Shown here: positions 1 to 11,009 of the stretch, piece after piece
How positions within the stretch are numbered: the first letter of the stretch is position 1
Layout of the letters: the number at the start of each line of letters is the position of its first letter
Source: Syntrophales bacterium
GTDB taxonomy: Bacteria > Desulfobacterota > Syntrophia > Syntrophales > UBA6109
Length of the DNA stretch: 64,000 bases
NCBI GenBank assembly: GCA_035366835.1
Contig: DAOSIS010000002.1
Coordinates: 113,208-177,207 of the forward strand
Direction: 5' to 3'
The notes under the pieces: generated by a model
Databases searched by the model: none
The model's input: only the letters and a program-made list of their open reading frames with translations
What the model was told of the DNA's origin: nothing
Translations under genes and position numbers: made by a program

Positions 1-987
<987 letters not shown>

Positions 988-1102
988 AGTCGAGCGGCGT
1001 TTATATCCATAGACCGTCTCAGCATCTCCCGAACCGAGACCGCCGTCCTCTTTTTCTGCCCCCAGCGGCTGGAACGGTCATCATTCGCGAACCCGGTGAG
1101 TC

Positions 1103-4100
1103 ATGAAACACACGGACTTTGTTCATCTGCACGTTCATACGCAATTCAGTCTTCTCGACGGAACCATCCGGCTCGATGCGCTGTTCAAGACAGCGAAGGA
1201 ATACCAGATGCCGGCGATCGCCCTGACCGATCACGGGAACATGTTCGGGGCCGTCAGTTTCTACCAGACGGCCTACCGGCACGGCATCAAGCCGATCATC
1301 GGTTGCGAATCCTATGTCGCGCCCGGGAGCCGTTTTGACAAGACCGGCCACGGGACAGGAGAGACCGCCCGCCATCTCATTCTGCTGGCAAAAAACCTTC
1401 AAGGCTATCGGAACCTGATGAAGCTGACGACGGCTGCGTACCTTGAGGGCTTTTATTACCGTCCCAGAATCGACAAGGCGCTTCTGGCCGAACACCACGA
1501 GGGGCTCATTGCCCTCAGCGCATGCCTGCACGGCGAGATTCCGAACCTCCTCCTCCGCGGCGAGATGGAAGCCGCTGAACGCGTTGCCTCGCAGTACCGC
1601 GAATTGTTCGGCGAGGGGAACTTCTTCCTGGAAGTCATGGAAAACGGGATTCCAGAGCAGAAGACCGTCAATCAGGGGCTCCTGGAGCTCGGCCGGCGCC
1701 TGTCGCTTCCCCTGGTCGCAACAAACGACTGCCATTACCTCAGGTCGACGGATGCCGAAGCCCACGAGATTCTGCTCTGCATTCAGACCGGGAAGACCGT
1801 GGAAAGCCCGGATCGCATGCGCTTCGCAACGGACCAGTTCTATTTCCGTTCGCCGGAGGAAATGAAAGCGCTCTTCGCCTGGTGCCCCCAGGCAATTGAG
1901 AACACGGTGCAGATCGCCGAGCGCTGCAACCTGACGCTGGAGTTCGGGAAATTCTATCTGCCGCGGTTCGAGGTGAGCGCCGACAAGAGCCTCGATGAAG
2001 TCCTGCGGGAGGCTGCACGGAAGGGTCTTGAACGTCTGCTGCCGGTCATCTTGAAGAGCGCTCCCGGAGACGACGACGGTGCGATGAAGGAGAAGTACGA
2101 AAAAAGGCTCCATGAGGAACTGGAGATGATCCGTTCCATGGGATTCGCCGGGTATTTTCTGATCGTTGCGGATTTCGTCAACTACGCAAAGGACCGGCAG
2201 ATTCCGGTCGGTCCGGGGCGCGGGTCCGCGGCGGGCAGCCTGGTCGCATATGCCCTGGGGATCACCAACATCGATCCGATTCGTTACGGGCTGTTTTTCG
2301 AACGCTTCCTCAATCCGAGCCGCATCAGCATGCCCGATATCGACATCGATTTCTGCCAGGAAGGACGGGACGAGATCATCCGGTACGTGACGGAGAAATA
2401 CGGTACGGATCACGTGGCCCAGATCATCACGTTCGGGAAGATGCAGGCCAAGGCGGTCGTTCGCGACGTCGGCCGGGCGATGAACATTCCCTACGGTGAA
2501 GTCGACGCGATCGCCAAGATGATCCCCAATGTCCTCAACATCACGTTGGAGGACGCCATCAAGTCCGAGTCGAGACTGGCGGAAGAAGAGAAGAAGAACC
2601 CCAAGGTCAAGAAACTGCTGAATCTGTCCCGTTCCCTGGAAGGCTTGAACCGCCATGCATCCACACACGCGGCCGGCGTGGTGATATCGGACGTGCCCCT
2701 TGTCGAACGGGTCCCCCTGTGTTCGCCCAAGGACGACGTCGTGACGCAGTTCACCATGAACGACATTTCGACCGTCGGCCTGACAAAATTCGATTTCCTC
2801 GGTCTGAAGACGCTCACGGTCATCAAGAATGCGCTGAAGTTCATCCGCGAGGGGCGCCGGGATGCGCTCGACATGGATGCGCTGCCGCTCGATGACCGCG
2901 AGACCTATCAATTGCTCATGAAAGGGGATACCGACGGGGTGTTCCAGCTGGAGAGTTCCGGCATGAAGGACATCCTCGTCAGCATGAAGCCGGACTGCAT
3001 CGAAGACATCATCGCCCTCATCGCGCTGTATCGGCCGGGACCGATGAACATGGTGCCCGAATTCATCTCCCGCAAGCAGGGAAAAACGAAGATCGTCTAC
3101 GAATTGCCGGAACTGGAAGCGATCCTGAAAGAGACCTACGGGGTCATCGTCTATCAGGAGCAGGTCATGCAGATCGCAGTCGCCATCGGCAATTATACGA
3201 TGTCCGAAGCCGATACGCTGCGGAAAGTCATGAGCAAGAAGAAAGCCTCCGAGATGGAGAAGGAAAAGCCGAAGTTCCTCGAGGGGGCCGGCAAGCGAAA
3301 GATACCCGAGGTCAAGGCCAAGAAAATCTGGGAGCAGATGGAGACCTTTGCCGAATACGGGTTCAACAAATCCCACAGTACGGCCTATGCCATGATTTCC
3401 TATCAGACGGCATACCTCAAGGCCCACTATCCCGCCGAATTCATGGCCGCGCTCCTCACCAGTGAAAAGGACAACCGGGACAAGATCATCAAGCACATCA
3501 ACAACTGCAAGGGGATGGGCATCGGCGTTCTGCCTCCCGATATCAACGAATCCGAGAGCGATTTCAGCGTTTCCGGCGGAAAGACGATCCGTTTCGGCTT
3601 GGCGGCCGTGAAAAATGTCGGCATCGGCGCGATCGAAGAGATCATCCATGCCCGGAAGGAAGGCGGCCAAGGCGACCGTTTTCGGTCTTTCCAGGATTTC
3701 TGCCGTCGCGTCGATCTCCGCAAAGTCAACAAAAGGGTCATTGAAAGCCTGATCAAGTGCGGTGCCTTCGATTCCCTCGGGCACAAACGCCGGCAGCTGC
3801 TCGACGCCCACGAGGAGATCATGGATGCGGCCCAGAAGCATCAGCGGGACAAATCAAACGGCCAGGTCAGTTTTTTCGACCGTGTCGGAGGGGAGGGGGA
3901 GGGCGATGCGGAAACCTTTGTGAGCAGCCCCCTGCGCGACCTCCCGGAGTGGGACCACAGGGAACTGCTCAGCTACGAGAAGGAAACCCTGGGGTTCTAC
4001 ATTACCGGGCACCCTTTGATTCCGTGGAAGGACAAGCTGGATCTGCTCACCAGTTCCGATACGGCGAACATCGCGGACCGGAACGATAAGGATGAAGTCG

Positions 4101-4570
4101 TCATCGCGGGAATCATCAGCAACATCCGGGAGGTGACGACAAGAAAAAAGGACGTCATGGCCTACGTGACCCTTGAAGACCTCAAGGGTTCGGTCACGGT
4201 GATCTTCTTCGCCGACATCTATCGCGCCGCTTTTGCGCTTCTGCACAGCGAAGAGCCCGTGGTGATTCGCGGGACCGTGGATATAAAGGTCATTGCCTCC
4301 GAGGCGCAGCCGCTTTCGGAGGCCACAGTCGCTCCCTGCAAAACAGTCCATTTCCGGATCGACGCGATGCGTGCGACGGGCCGGGAGATCGACGAATTGC
4401 ACGCCCTGCTGAGCAAGAAGCGCGGCAAGCAGGACGGCTTCCTGCACCTTGTCAACGGGAGCAGCGAAACCGTGATCTACCTCGGCCGCGACATGCGCCT
4501 CGAGTTGAGCGGCGATCTGCTGAAGTCCGCCGATATGATCCTCGGCGCAGGCGCGACAAGATTCTCCTGA
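1103..4570 (+). CDS. dnaE: DNA polymerase III alpha subunit
   Basis: 1155 aa. N-terminal PHP domain (FVHLHVHTQFSLLDG), polymerase core (GPGRGSAAGSLVAYALGITNIDP) and an OB-fold C-terminus. Confidence 0.97.
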   Translation: MKHTDFVHLHVHTQFSLLDGTIRLDALFKTAKEYQMPAIALTDHGNMFGAVSFYQTAYRHGIKPIIGCESYVAPGSRFDKTGHGTGETARHLILLAKNLQGYRNLMKLTTAAYLEGFYYRPRIDKALLAEHHEGLIALSACLHGEIPNLLLRGEMEAAERVASQYRELFGEGNFFLEVMENGIPEQKTVNQGLLELGRRLSLPLVATNDCHYLRSTDAEAHEILLCIQTGKTVESPDRMRFATDQFYFRSPEEMKALFAWCPQAIENTVQIAERCNLTLEFGKFYLPRFEVSADKSLDEVLREAARKGLERLLPVILKSAPGDDDGAMKEKYEKRLHEELEMIRSMGFAGYFLIVADFVNYAKDRQIPVGPGRGSAAGSLVAYALGITNIDPIRYGLFFERFLNPSRISMPDIDIDFCQEGRDEIIRYVTEKYGTDHVAQIITFGKMQAKAVVRDVGRAMNIPYGEVDAIAKMIPNVLNITLEDAIKSESRLAEEEKKNPKVKKLLNLSRSLEGLNRHASTHAAGVVISDVPLVERVPLCSPKDDVVTQFTMNDISTVGLTKFDFLGLKTLTVIKNALKFIREGRRDALDMDALPLDDRETYQLLMKGDTDGVFQLESSGMKDILVSMKPDCIEDIIALIALYRPGPMNMVPEFISRKQGKTKIVYELPELEAILKETYGVIVYQEQVMQIAVAIGNYTMSEADTLRKVMSKKKASEMEKEKPKFLEGAGKRKIPEVKAKKIWEQMETFAEYGFNKSHSTAYAMISYQTAYLKAHYPAEFMAALLTSEKDNRDKIIKHINNCKGMGIGVLPPDINESESDFSVSGGKTIRFGLAAVKNVGIGAIEEIIHARKEGGQGDRFRSFQDFCRRVDLRKVNKRVIESLIKCGAFDSLGHKRRQLLDAHEEIMDAAQKHQRDKSNGQVSFFDRVGGEGEGDAETFVSSPLRDLPEWDHRELLSYEKETLGFYITGHPLIPWKDKLDLLTSSDTANIADRNDKDEVVIAGIISNIREVTTRKKDVMAYVTLEDLKGSVTVIFFADIYRAAFALLHSEEPVVIRGTVDIKVIASEAQPLSEATVAPCKTVHFRIDAMRATGREIDELHALLSKKRGKQDGFLHLVNGSSETVIYLGRDMRLELSGDLLKSADMILGAGATRFS

Positions 4571-4585
4571 CAGGGTTCTCCGCCC

Positions 4586-5311
4586 ATGGAAGCAGCCGAA
4601 AAGACCTACCGGAACATGGTCTCGGGAGAAGACCTTCTCTTCTATGAAGTGAACGTCCGCGAGACGGAACTCCTCATCCGTTCGGATGTCCTCCTGCGCG
4701 ACGAGGCCCTGGCGGCCGTTCACTCCTTCCGCGGCCATATCGAGGCCTATATCGACAGGCATCCCGATTTCCTGACGTCGCTGGCGCCATTGCCGGAAGA
4801 CGACTTTTCGCCGGCGATCGTGCGGGCCATGCTCGGAGCCGGAAAAGAGGCCGGCGTCGGGCCGATGGCGGCTGTCGCCGGCGCGATCGCCGAGTTCGTC
4901 GGACGAAAACTCGAGGGGCTGTGCAGGGACGTGATCATCGAAAACGGCGGCGATATTTTCCTCAAGAGCCGAAGGGAGCGCCGCGTCGGGATTTTTGCCG
5001 GTGATTCACCGCTGAGCGAACGCATTGCCTTGAAGATTCCGCCTGCCGGGAAGGCGATCGGGATCTGTACGTCGTCCGGTACGGTCGGACACTCGTTGAG
5101 TTTCGGAAAGGCGGACGCCGTATGCGTCCTTTCGGGCTCGGCAACGCTGTCCGATGCGGCGGCGACCGCCGTCGGCAACGTGGTCAAGCGACGAGCGGAC
5201 ATTGTCCGCGGCATCGAGAGGGCGCGGCAGATTCCCGGCGTGCAGGGAATCCTGATCATCGTTGGAGATCAGATGGGCCTGTGGGGTGAGATGGAGATTG
5301 TACGATCCTGA
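4586..5311 (+). CDS. UPF0280 family protein (ApbE-like superfamily)
   Basis: 241 aa. The GVGPMAAVAGAIAEFVG motif and overall length are typical of UPF0280. Starts 15 nt after the dnaE stop. Confidence 0.7.
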   Translation: MEAAEKTYRNMVSGEDLLFYEVNVRETELLIRSDVLLRDEALAAVHSFRGHIEAYIDRHPDFLTSLAPLPEDDFSPAIVRAMLGAGKEAGVGPMAAVAGAIAEFVGRKLEGLCRDVIIENGGDIFLKSRRERRVGIFAGDSPLSERIALKIPPAGKAIGICTSSGTVGHSLSFGKADAVCVLSGSATLSDAAATAVGNVVKRRADIVRGIERARQIPGVQGILIIVGDQMGLWGEMEIVRS

Positions 5312-5364
5312 CTCTGGAAAGCACGTAACATTAGTTTACATAACATATCTTATGAGACCAAAGA

Positions 5365-6324
5365 TCATAATCCTTCCTCGGCGAGTCTCTTGACCAGCTG
5401 CGCCTGCTTCTCCGTAAGCTTCTTCGGCACTTCGATCGATATCTTGATGTACAGATCGCCCCTTCCCGAACCCTTCAGGCGCGGAACGCCATAACCCTTC
5501 ATGCGGATTTTCGTATTGCCTTGCGTTCCCGCCGGAATCTTCACCTTCTTGACGCTTCCGTCGATCGTCGGAACCTCGATCGACGTCCCCAAGGCCGCCC
5601 TTGAGAAGGAAATCGTCCTTTCGATGTAGAGATCGTTCCCATCCCTTGCAAACATCGGATGCGGAAGGATGTTGACGTTCAGATAAAGATCGCCGGGAGG
5701 TCCGCCTCCGACGCCGGGCCCGCCCTTTGCCGCAAGCCTCAGCTTTTTTCCGGTGTTGATGCCCGGGGGGACCTTGAAGGAGATCTCATCGGTTTTTCCG
5801 TCCCGCTGGAGGGCGAGTTTCTTCTCCGCCCCCAATACGGATTCCTCCAATGTTATTGAAAGATTGTACTCGAGATCCGGCCCCGGCTCGGGTTCCTGCT
5901 CGAACCGGCGTCCGCCGGTGAAAAGCCCGCCAAAGGGATCATCCCCGGTCCCCTGATAAGAGTAGCCTCGCCGTCTCCCGGCGTTTCCGTAACCCGCCGT
6001 TCTTCTTCCCCCCTGGCCGAACATTCCCCCGAAACCCAGATCGCGGAGGATCTCATTGATGTCGAAATTCCTGAAGATGTCTTCCTGCGTGTACTGCTGC
6101 CTGAACCCTTCCGACCCAAAGCTGTCGTACTGTTTCCGCTTCTCGGGATCGCTCAGGACCGCGTAGGCTTCACTGATCTTCTTGAATTTCTCCTCCGCCT
6201 GCTTATTGTTGGGATTCCGGTCGGGATGGTATTTCAGCGCGAGCCTGCGATAGGCCTTCTTGATGTCATCGACCGACGAGGTCTTCTCCACGCCCAGTAT
6301 CTTATAGTAGTCTTCCGCCGCCAT
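5365..6324 (-). CDS. cbpA: DnaJ-class co-chaperone without the zinc-finger domain (CbpA-like curved-DNA-binding protein)
   Basis: 319 aa. J domain (YYKILGV...KYHPDRNP), a G/F-rich linker and DnaJ C-terminal domains. There are no CxxCxGxG repeats. Confidence 0.8.
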   Translation of the reverse strand: MAAEDYYKILGVEKTSSVDDIKKAYRRLALKYHPDRNPNNKQAEEKFKKISEAYAVLSDPEKRKQYDSFGSEGFRQQYTQEDIFRNFDINEILRDLGFGGMFGQGGRRTAGYGNAGRRRGYSYQGTGDDPFGGLFTGGRRFEQEPEPGPDLEYNLSITLEESVLGAEKKLALQRDGKTDEISFKVPPGINTGKKLRLAAKGGPGVGGGPPGDLYLNVNILPHPMFARDGNDLYIERTISFSRAALGTSIEVPTIDGSVKKVKIPAGTQGNTKIRMKGYGVPRLKGSGRGDLYIKISIEVPKKLTEKQAQLVKRLAEEGL

Positions 6325-6565
6325 TTGCCCTCTTCTGCCGACTATGTATGCAGTATTTCAGATAAACCGTCTGCAATATCACTCCGGCGTAAGTTACCTA
6401 CTTGTTCCCTTTTGTCAAGGTTTTTCGCGGAGAGGAGCAGGCGGCCTGACCGACGAGGATCAGCAGATCTACGGGACAAGACGATTCGCTTCATGGCAAT
6501 AATTATTAGCGATGAAATACAAATAGATAAACAACTATTTTAATACATTATATTACCTAATTATT

Positions 6566-7447
6566 TCAATGATATGTTTTTACTGTTTTATCTGATCTTG
6601 TCCGAAGGTCGAGGACAAATTCGTCCCTCGTGCGCTTATTGAATTTGTGTGCGCTCCCGATGGCGCTGTAGATATTCCCGCCGTACCAGCCGATCTCGAA
6701 GAAAAGGAAGACGCCCGCAGCCGTATAATGCTCATGCCGGTACAACTCGACGGCGGCGAGGGCGAAGGAAGCGTTGAGCAGAAAAGCAACGAGGGCGTCC
6801 TTGGGGCGCTCGGTATAAAGGTGACCGGAGCCTGGCAGAACGGCGGCCAGCGTTCCGGCGAGGGCGGGCGATTTTTGCGGCAGGCGATCGATTTCGTCCA
6901 CCCCCTCACGCAGGATGGGGGCAGCCCTTGAGAAGGGGCCGGTGGGGGAAAGGGCATCCAGAGCGGAAGATGCCGCGTCCCATTGCCCCTCTTCAAGATG
7001 AATCATCACGGTCTGATAGAGGGCCCTCTGGCGCTCCGGCGGCTCCGCGGTCCCGATGATTTCCTCGAGCGTTTTCAATGCCTTATCGTTTCGTTTCCCT
7101 TCTCTTTCCGCAGAGGCCTTCAGGAACAGGGCATCGGTTCTAAGATCGCTGTCCGGAAAACGGAGAAGGAATGCCTCTGCTGAATCCATCGCTTCGCTCC
7201 ACCTCTTCCCGCGCAGAAAGCTTTCCGCGATTCGAAGGTGGGCTTTTTCGACGCGGGTGTGGCCGGGAAAATGGAAGAGGAACCGCTTGTATTCTGTGAT
7301 CGCCCGGTAGTAATCCCCTTCCGCGAAGAGAGATTCAGCGAATTCAAAGGAGGAGTCGGCCGTCTCTTCTCCGGCAGGCGCAACGGCAGACGGGGACAGC
7401 GAGAAGAGGGAAAGAGACAAAATGACGAGAAGACATCTCCGTGCCAT
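6566..7447 (-). CDS. TPR-repeat protein with signal peptide and a C-terminal membrane domain
   Basis: 293 aa. N-terminal signal-like sequence MARRCLLVILSLSLFSLSPSA, TPR-like helices, and hydrophobic C-terminal segments (LAGTLAAVLPGSGHLY..., AAGVFLFFEIGWYGGNIY). Confidence 0.7.
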   Translation of the reverse strand: MARRCLLVILSLSLFSLSPSAVAPAGEETADSSFEFAESLFAEGDYYRAITEYKRFLFHFPGHTRVEKAHLRIAESFLRGKRWSEAMDSAEAFLLRFPDSDLRTDALFLKASAEREGKRNDKALKTLEEIIGTAEPPERQRALYQTVMIHLEEGQWDAASSALDALSPTGPFSRAAPILREGVDEIDRLPQKSPALAGTLAAVLPGSGHLYTERPKDALVAFLLNASFALAAVELYRHEHYTAAGVFLFFEIGWYGGNIYSAIGSAHKFNKRTRDEFVLDLRTRSDKTVKTYH

Positions 7448-7455
7448 GCTCGCGG

Positions 7456-8040
7456 TCAGGCGGACCTGCCAAGATGGAAGGCGTCGAGGTTCACCTTCGT
7501 CAGTTTTGCGGGGAATGAATCCTTCAGGACTTTTTCCCAGATCGAAATGTCGATCCCGGTCAGGAACGACGACAGGACGCCAAGCAGCACGGTGTTGACC
7601 GTCCGGATGTTTCCCGCGTTGCGGGCAAGAGCCTCTGCGCGGACGACCTTGGTTGACGGAAAAGCGGACTTGACGGCAGCCACGACATCTGCGGGATAGG
7701 CGAGGTCGCCCAGGTTGACGGAGGGAGGAAGGATCTCCTGGTCGTTGATGATGACGGAGCCGTCCGCCTTGAGGTAATCGAGATAACGGAGGGCCTCCAG
7801 TTTTTCAAAGGCCAGCAGGATATCCACGTCGGACTTGAGGGCCAGAGGTGAAAAGACTTTCCTGCCGTAGCGAACATGACTCGTAACGCAGCCTCCGCGT
7901 TGCGCCATGCCGTGGACCTCGCTCTTCTTGACATCCAGCCCCGCTTCCATGAACACGTTCGCGAGGATGTCGCTCGCCCTGAGAATCCCCTGTCCGCCGA
8001 CGCCGGCAAGAAGGATGCTTCGGGTATCGCCTGTCGTCAT
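7456..8040 (-). CDS. iorB: Indolepyruvate:ferredoxin oxidoreductase, beta subunit
   Basis: Only the last 194 aa of the 777-aa track ORF look real (MTTGDTRSILLAGVGGQGILRASDIL...GMAQRGG). The ATG at 8040-8038 overlaps the iorA stop as ATGA. Confidence 0.9.
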   Translation of the reverse strand: MTTGDTRSILLAGVGGQGILRASDILANVFMEAGLDVKKSEVHGMAQRGGCVTSHVRYGRKVFSPLALKSDVDILLAFEKLEALRYLDYLKADGSVIINDQEILPPSVNLGDLAYPADVVAAVKSAFPSTKVVRAEALARNAGNIRTVNTVLLGVLSSFLTGIDISIWEKVLKDSFPAKLTKVNLDAFHLGRSA

Positions 8041-9839
8041 CCCCTGTCTCCCCTCCCCTGGATCGCACCGCACTTGCACAGCTGAAGGCAGACGGAGCAA
8101 CCGTTGCACAGACTTCCATCGATGACAGCAATTCCTTTCCCCCGCTTCCGAGGAGTCGTTTGACCGCTCCGTTGCTGCGGCTCGAGCTTGTGCCAGGCGA
8201 TGGCCGGGCACCCCAGACCGAGGCAGGCCCTGCAGCCCGTGCAGAGATCCGCGTCGACAATCAGCGGTTTTCCCGCCTCCGTCCTCTCTCTCTTGAACAG
8301 CACGCAGGCGCGGTCCGAGATCACGACGGAAGGCCCCTCGGCTGCCAGTTCCTGCCTGATGATTTTCTCGGTAGCCTTCAGATCGTAGGGGTCCACCTTG
8401 TGAACGCTGGTGATCCCCAATGCCTTGACAAGAGCGACCAGGTCCAAGCGCTGCGTTTTCTCGCCCATCAGCGTGAACCCCGTGGCCGGGTGTTCCTGCA
8501 TCCCGGTCATGGCCGTCGTCCGGTTGTCGCAGATCACGATCAGGGCGTCGCTGCGGTTGTAGGCCGCATTGAGAAGCGGGGTAATTCCCGAATGCACGAA
8601 CGTGGAATCGCCGATAACGCCGACGACCTTGCCCCTCCCCTTCCTGCCGAGCGCTTTGCTCATGCCGTGCGCCATGCCGATGCTGGCCCCCATGCAGATG
8701 CAGGAGTGCAGGCCCTCCAGAGGTTTCATGAAGGAGAGCGTGTAGCAGCCGATGTCCCCGGCGACGAAGGCCTTCGACTTGCCCAGGACGTAGAAGAGGC
8801 CGCGATGCGGGCAGCCGGGGCACAGATTCGGCGGTCGCGGCGGAACCGTTGTCGTTACCGCCGCCTGCGGAGCCTTTTTCGTTTCTCCCAGGGCCGCCGC
8901 GATCACCCCGGGATCGAATTCGTTCGTGTAGGGGAAGCGTTCCTTGCCGACGACGGAAATGCCCATCGCCCGGATCTGCTCTTCGAGAAAAGGATCCAGT
9001 TCTTCGATCACATAGACCCGCTTTACCCGGCGCGCAAATTCCCGGATCATCTCCTCGGGAAGCGGATGGACCATCCCGAGTTTGAGGTAGGAGTATCGGG
9101 GAAAGACGTCTTTTGCATAGTTGTAAGGCATTCCCGCCGTGATGATGCCGACTTCCGGATCGTTGATCTCGATGCGGTTTTCGGCGAATTGTTCGGCGAA
9201 CGCCTTCAGCTTCTGCATTCGCTCTTCGACGAAGACCCGCCGGATCCTTGCGTTTGCGGGAACCATGACGTACTTGGCGGCGTTGAAGCGGATGCCCGTA
9301 TTGTCGACAGGAGGCTGCGGTTCCTCGGTGTGTACGATCGATTTGGAATGGGACACCCGTGTGGTCGAACGCAGGAATACGGGCGTGTCGAAGGTCTCGC
9401 TGATCTCCACGGCAAGCTTCACGAACCGTCTCGCCTCGTCGGAGTCCGACGGCTCCAGCATGGGAATCTTGGCGAATTTGGCGTAATTCCGGTTGTCCTG
9501 CTCGTTCTGCGAACTGTGGAGAGAGGGGTCGTCCGCGCTGACGATCACCAGCGCCCCGTTCGTGCCCGTATAGCTGACGGTAAACAGGGGATCCGCCGCG
9601 ACGTTGACGCCCACGTGCTTCATGGTGACCATGGCCCTGGCGCCCGCCACGGCGGCGCCGATTCCCACCTCCATGGCGACCTTTTCGTTGGGCGACCACT
9701 CGGCGTACACGCCTTCGTATTTCGAGAATTCCTCGATGATTTCCGTGCTGGGGGTCCCGGGATAAGCAGACGCGAAACGGATTCCGCACTCGTACGCCCC
9801 CCTCGCGATTGCTTCATTCCCCGACATGAGGACGGTCAT
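8037..9839 (-). CDS. iorA: Indolepyruvate:ferredoxin oxidoreductase, alpha subunit (TPP and 2x[4Fe-4S])
   Basis: 600 aa. MTVLMSGNEAIARGAYECG N-terminus, a GDSTFxHSG TPP motif and a C-terminal CxxCxxCxxxCP ferredoxin-like region. AAGGAG Shine-Dalgarno site upstream. Confidence 0.93.
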   Translation of the reverse strand: MTVLMSGNEAIARGAYECGIRFASAYPGTPSTEIIEEFSKYEGVYAEWSPNEKVAMEVGIGAAVAGARAMVTMKHVGVNVAADPLFTVSYTGTNGALVIVSADDPSLHSSQNEQDNRNYAKFAKIPMLEPSDSDEARRFVKLAVEISETFDTPVFLRSTTRVSHSKSIVHTEEPQPPVDNTGIRFNAAKYVMVPANARIRRVFVEERMQKLKAFAEQFAENRIEINDPEVGIITAGMPYNYAKDVFPRYSYLKLGMVHPLPEEMIREFARRVKRVYVIEELDPFLEEQIRAMGISVVGKERFPYTNEFDPGVIAAALGETKKAPQAAVTTTVPPRPPNLCPGCPHRGLFYVLGKSKAFVAGDIGCYTLSFMKPLEGLHSCICMGASIGMAHGMSKALGRKGRGKVVGVIGDSTFVHSGITPLLNAAYNRSDALIVICDNRTTAMTGMQEHPATGFTLMGEKTQRLDLVALVKALGITSVHKVDPYDLKATEKIIRQELAAEGPSVVISDRACVLFKRERTEAGKPLIVDADLCTGCRACLGLGCPAIAWHKLEPQQRSGQTTPRKRGKGIAVIDGSLCNGCSVCLQLCKCGAIQGRGDRG

Positions 9840-9867
9840 TTTTGCAGCACTCCTTGCCGTGGCACTG

Positions 9868-10557
9868 TCAGCTGAGCGTCGCGATCTTTCTCTTGAGAAG
9901 AATGACGATGGAGGGGTCCTTCGTCACGGACACCGCCCTCCGGTAATATTCCAGGGCATTCTTCTTGTCGTTCAGCCGTTCGTACATCCTTGCCATATCC
10001 CGGAGCAGGATTCCCTCGAAGAGAACCCCCGACTTCGTCTTCAGGGCCCTCTCCAGCGAAGCCAGGGCCCCGGAATAATCCTTCTTGGCCTCCTTCGAAA
10101 GCGCGAGGCCGCTCAAGGCCAGCGTGACCAGTTCCCCCTCGGGAGACGCCTGCTCGATGAATTTTTCATAGGACCGGATGGCCTCGTCGTAGTTCTGCGC
10201 CTGGAAGAAGAGGTTTCCCATCCGGTAGAGGGCGATGTGAGCCGCCCTGCTCGAGGGATACGCCTTGACGAGCTCCTGATATCCCTTGATCGCCTCTCCA
10301 TCGCGCACAAGCGGCTGCGCCTTGAGGTAGTTGTTGTAGGTTTTCTGGTAGAGCCCCTGCGCCTTGCCCTCGAGATTCATCCGGAAGAGGAACCATCCGG
10401 CGGCGACCAGCGCCACGACGAGTACCGAGATGGAGGAGACGTAAAGTGCCTTGCGGTATTGCCGCGCATACGCCACGGTCTTTTCGAGCCATTCGTGCAG
10501 AAAATCCGGCTCCTGCAATTCCTTTTTGGTCACCTTCTGTGCTGTCATGTTCGTCAT
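9868..10557 (-). CDS. Membrane-anchored TPR protein (YfgM-like architecture)
   Basis: Start chosen at MTNMTAQKV (ATG 10557-10555). One TM helix (ALYVSSISVLVVALVAAGWFLF) followed by TPR helices. The upstream 73 codons of the track ORF look non-coding. Confidence 0.7.
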   Translation of the reverse strand: MTNMTAQKVTKKELQEPDFLHEWLEKTVAYARQYRKALYVSSISVLVVALVAAGWFLFRMNLEGKAQGLYQKTYNNYLKAQPLVRDGEAIKGYQELVKAYPSSRAAHIALYRMGNLFFQAQNYDEAIRSYEKFIEQASPEGELVTLALSGLALSKEAKKDYSGALASLERALKTKSGVLFEGILLRDMARMYERLNDKKNALEYYRRAVSVTKDPSIVILLKRKIATLS

Positions 10558-10580
10558 CCCTTTCCGGACTTCCGCATCCG

Positions 10581-11009
10581 TCACGATGGATCGGAGGAGG
10601 AGAGCGGGTAGTATGGTATTACCTTTTCGAGCATGAACGCCGGGAAACGCCTCACCCGGCCTTCGCGGTTCGTGCAGGCATGGACGGTATAGCCCTCGGC
10701 AAGCCGGTCCCGTCTCTGTTCGTCCCAGATGGCGTATTCGAAACGGACGCTCGCGCGTCTCAGGCAGTCGATCCACGATTCGATGCAGAGGACCTGATCG
10801 TAGCGCGCGGGCTTGAGATAGTGGCAGAAGACCTTGGTCACCGGCAGATGATAGCCGGCGGTTTCCATGTCCGCATAGACCATCCCCATTTCGCGAAACA
10901 ACTCGTTGCGGCCGATCTCGAACCAGCGGATGTAATTCGCATGATAGACGATGCCCATTGCATCGGTATCGGCGTAGATCACGCGGACCTTAGTGTAGTT
11001 CTTTTTCAA
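10581..11009 (-). CDS. Acyl-CoA thioesterase, YbgC/4HBT hot-dog family
   Basis: VRVIYADTDAMGIVYHANY catalytic motif. Start placed at TTG 11009-11007, which is preceded by GGAGAGGA. The only in-frame ATG upstream (11126) would overlap the previous gene by 137 nt. The start site is uncertain. Confidence 0.72.
   Translation of the reverse strand: MKKNYTKVRVIYADTDAMGIVYHANYIRWFEIGRNELFREMGMVYADMETAGYHLPVTKVFCHYLKPARYDQVLCIESWIDCLRRASVRFEYAIWDEQRRDRLAEGYTVHACTNREGRVRRFPAFMLEKVIPYYPLSSSDPS

Noticed and set aside
1019-3841. A 940-aa ORF antisense to dnaE.
   Set aside because: It is a shadow ORF opposite a clearly real dnaE. There are no motifs and the composition is skewed.
8041-9789. The N-terminal 583 aa of the 777-aa ORF that ends as iorB.
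   Set aside because: This part is an alternate frame of iorA and is Arg/Gly-rich nonsense. A proper ATG with the ATGA overlap at 8040 gives a normal 194-aa IorB.
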